A DNA stretch of 18,317 nucleotides from Alphaproteobacteria bacterium CG_4_10_14_0_8_um_filter_53_9 (GTDB lineage: Bacteria > Pseudomonadota > Alphaproteobacteria > UBA2136 > UBA6156), in NCBI GenBank assembly GCA_002791805.1, contig PFND01000041.1, forward strand, positions 1 to 18,317, read 5' to 3'. The translations under genes and the position numbers were made by a program. Shown here one piece after another: positions 16,758 through 18,317 of this stretch (position 1 is its first letter; every line of letters begins with the position of its first letter). The notes under the pieces are model-generated. The model saw only the letters and a list, made by a program, of their open reading frames with translations. It did no database searches and was not told where the DNA came from.

Positions 16758-17452
16758 GCAGCTTGGATTTCTTGATTTAGTTTTTCCAGATCATAGATAC
16801 GTTTTTGAGTTAGAGCCATAAGCTCGTAATCATATTTAGGTGAAGACCAAGTAACATTTTCAATTTCCATAAATAGAAGGAGGGTTTTGAGATAACACAA
16901 TAAGCCATTCTTATAGCTTCTAGAATTTGAGGGAAGAGAGATATACTGTAGTAATTCATTATCATGCATAGAGAGGGAAAATTTTGTAGGATGAGCGCCA
17001 CCTTTGATAAGAAGATTAGTTCGATGCTTTACACGCTTTTGCAAATCATTTTGTTCAGGCAATAACGTTATAAGACGAGACATTGCTAAATCGTTAACTG
17101 GCCTAGTATCCATTTCGTCGTTTAGCCAATAGTCCACATATTTTTTATCTTTAACAAATGCATGTGCCAGTATAGCACTTTCTAAAAACGATCGAAGTAA
17201 AGGAAATGAGTAAAATACTTGACCATTAAAGGTAAGCTGGATTGCACCAAACAAATAACCGATGGACTGCGTTAAAATTTTGGATGCTACAGTCGATTCT
17301 AAATTAGATTGATTATGTTGAGTATCCTCTAATAACAGGTAGTTATATAAATGGCTTGAAATTGAAAAAGCTTCGAGATTATCTTTCACATAACCTTTAA
17401 TATTAGGGCTAAGCTGCATGAGCTCATGTAACAACTTAGGTTCCGTTATCAC
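16754..17452 (-). CDS. AT-rich orphan gene, 232 aa hypothetical protein of probable foreign origin, unknown family
   Basis: 699-nt ORF in roughly 35% GC DNA, where stop codons would otherwise be frequent. GTG start at 17450-17452 with GGAGG 7 nt upstream. It overlaps the helicase stop (GTGA), and its own TGA overlaps the prmA ATG (ATGA). An alternative ATG start is at 17419. The protein is largely helical by eye, with no recognisable catalytic motif. Confidence 0.6.
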   Translation of the reverse strand: MITEPKLLHELMQLSPNIKGYVKDNLEAFSISSHLYNYLLLEDTQHNQSNLESTVASKILTQSIGYLFGAIQLTFNGQVFYSFPLLRSFLESAILAHAFVKDKKYVDYWLNDEMDTRPVNDLAMSRLITLLPEQNDLQKRVKHRTNLLIKGGAHPTKFSLSMHDNELLQYISLPSNSRSYKNGLLCYLKTLLLFMEIENVTWSSPKYDYELMALTQKRIYDLEKLNQEIQAA

Positions 17453-18317
17453 CCCAGCACCTCCAAAACCGCCAACCGTTTCAGCAGACGCTTCACACCC
17501 ACGCCGCCAAAATCAATCACCACTTTCATGTCGTCGCCGCTGCCTTCAAGGGAGAGAATGCGCCCCGTGCCAAACTTGGCATGGCGCACGCGCACGCCCA
17601 CACCCATGCCATCCGCGGCAGCGGCCTCGGTGGCCACATTGCGGCCTTGCAGGGCCGAAAGGTTCACAGGTTTGCCATCCCCAAAACGGAGGTTACCCAT
17701 GCCACCGCCTCGGTTTTTAATAGCCACAAGGGGTTCACGAGGCTTGACAAAATCACGGCCGGATCGGTTACCCGCGCGGTCATTGGTGCTGCCCGTTCCA
17801 GCGCGGTAGCTGCTGCCACTTCCGCTGCTGCCGTAGCTTTCGCGTCTAAAGCCACCGGCGCCGGCCCACGCGGTCACACCGGGCATCGTGCTCACAACTT
17901 TGTTAAGATGATCCTCAGGGATTTCGGCCAAAAAGCGGCTGACAGAGCTGGGCATAAACTGGCCGTACATGCGTCTGGCAGATGTGTAGCTTATCACCAG
18001 CTCTTCGCGCGCCCGTGTCATCGCCACATAAGCAAGGCGGCGTTCTTCTTCAAGGCCTTTAAGGCCTTCTTCGTTCATGGCCCGCTGGTGGGGGAAGATG
18101 CCTTCTTCAAAGCCGGGCAAAAACACCATGGGGAACTCAAGCCCCTTAGCCGCGTGGATGGTCATAAGCTTCACCGTTTCCGTCGCCTCGGTGTCCGCAT
18201 CGCTCACAAGCGCCACGTGCTCCAAAAAGCTGGTGAGGTCGCCATAATCCTGCATGGCGCGCAAAAGTTCCTTCAGGTTTTCAAGGCGAGTTTTGCCGTC
18301 GTCTTCCTTGTCATCGC
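17449..18317 (-). CDS. uvrD: UvrD/PcrA/Rep-family DNA helicase, C-terminal part (gene continues beyond the window end)
   Basis: Helicase motif VI context TIHAAKGLEFPMVFLPGFEEGIFPH ... RRLAYVAMTRAREEL. A Gly/Ser-rich linker, then a UvrD-type C-terminal domain (VRHAKFGTGRILSLEGSGDDMKVVIDFGGVGVKRLL). The frame stays open to nt 18317 (…RLENLKELLRAMQDYGD). Confidence 0.85.
   Translation of the reverse strand, partial: DDKEDDGKTRLENLKELLRAMQDYGDLTSFLEHVALVSDADTEATETVKLMTIHAAKGLEFPMVFLPGFEEGIFPHQRAMNEEGLKGLEEERRLAYVAMTRAREELVISYTSARRMYGQFMPSSVSRFLAEIPEDHLNKVVSTMPGVTAWAGAGGFRRESYGSSGSGSSYRAGTGSTNDRAGNRSGRDFVKPREPLVAIKNRGGGMGNLRFGDGKPVNLSALQGRNVATEAAAADGMGVGVRVRHAKFGTGRILSLEGSGDDMKVVIDFGGVGVKRLLKRLAVLEVLG

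Noticed and set aside
16754-17452. HEPN (R-x4-6-H) or other toxin motif in the AT-rich orphan protein
   Set aside because: Scanned the translation by eye. The only R...H spacings are x2 or x9, so no HEPN-like motif can be claimed.
1-18317. tRNA, rRNA, CRISPR array, transposase/IS or integrase genes
   Set aside because: No tRNA-like T-arm consensus, no regularly spaced direct repeats and no transposase- or integrase-like ORF were found. The AT-rich block has no flanking direct or inverted repeats that I could see.

Overview
The window is a moderately GC-rich (roughly 58%) chromosomal stretch of housekeeping genes from a Gram-negative bacterium, probably a proteobacterium. The lipoprotein BamB, a YfgM-like partner and TolB support that placement.

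Gene content, in order:
- partial mgtE (3' end)
- a flotillin/SPFH gene
- gyrA
- a 34-aa acidic small ORF
- a short single-domain ogt
- a class-I aspartate aminotransferase
- a mitochondrial-type aconitase
- a 194-aa hypothetical protein with a zinc-ribbon-like C-terminus
- the yfgM-like/bamB pair
- an M24 Xaa-Pro peptidase
- tolB
- prmA
- a strongly AT-rich (roughly 35% GC) 232-aa orphan gene
- the C-terminal part of a UvrD-family helicase that runs off the window end

Several rho-independent terminators, some bidirectional, sit at gene junctions. No tRNA, rRNA, CRISPR array or transposase was recognisable.

The most unusual signals:
- The AT-rich orphan gene is chained to the helicase and to prmA by GTGA and ATGA stop/start overlaps.
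- A roughly 1-kb gene-free leader precedes the aconitase gene. It contains a perfect 9-4-9 palindrome, a Shine-Dalgarno-preceded 21-codon mini-ORF, a strong hairpin and an intrinsic terminator, which is attenuator- or sRNA-like.
- A 34-codon acidic ORF with its own RBS and a strong terminator lies just downstream of gyrA.
- A G10 homopolymer lies in the flotillin leader.
- A 13-nt motif abuts the stop codons of both tolB and prmA.

All calls rest on reading the translations and the sequence by eye. No database search was run.
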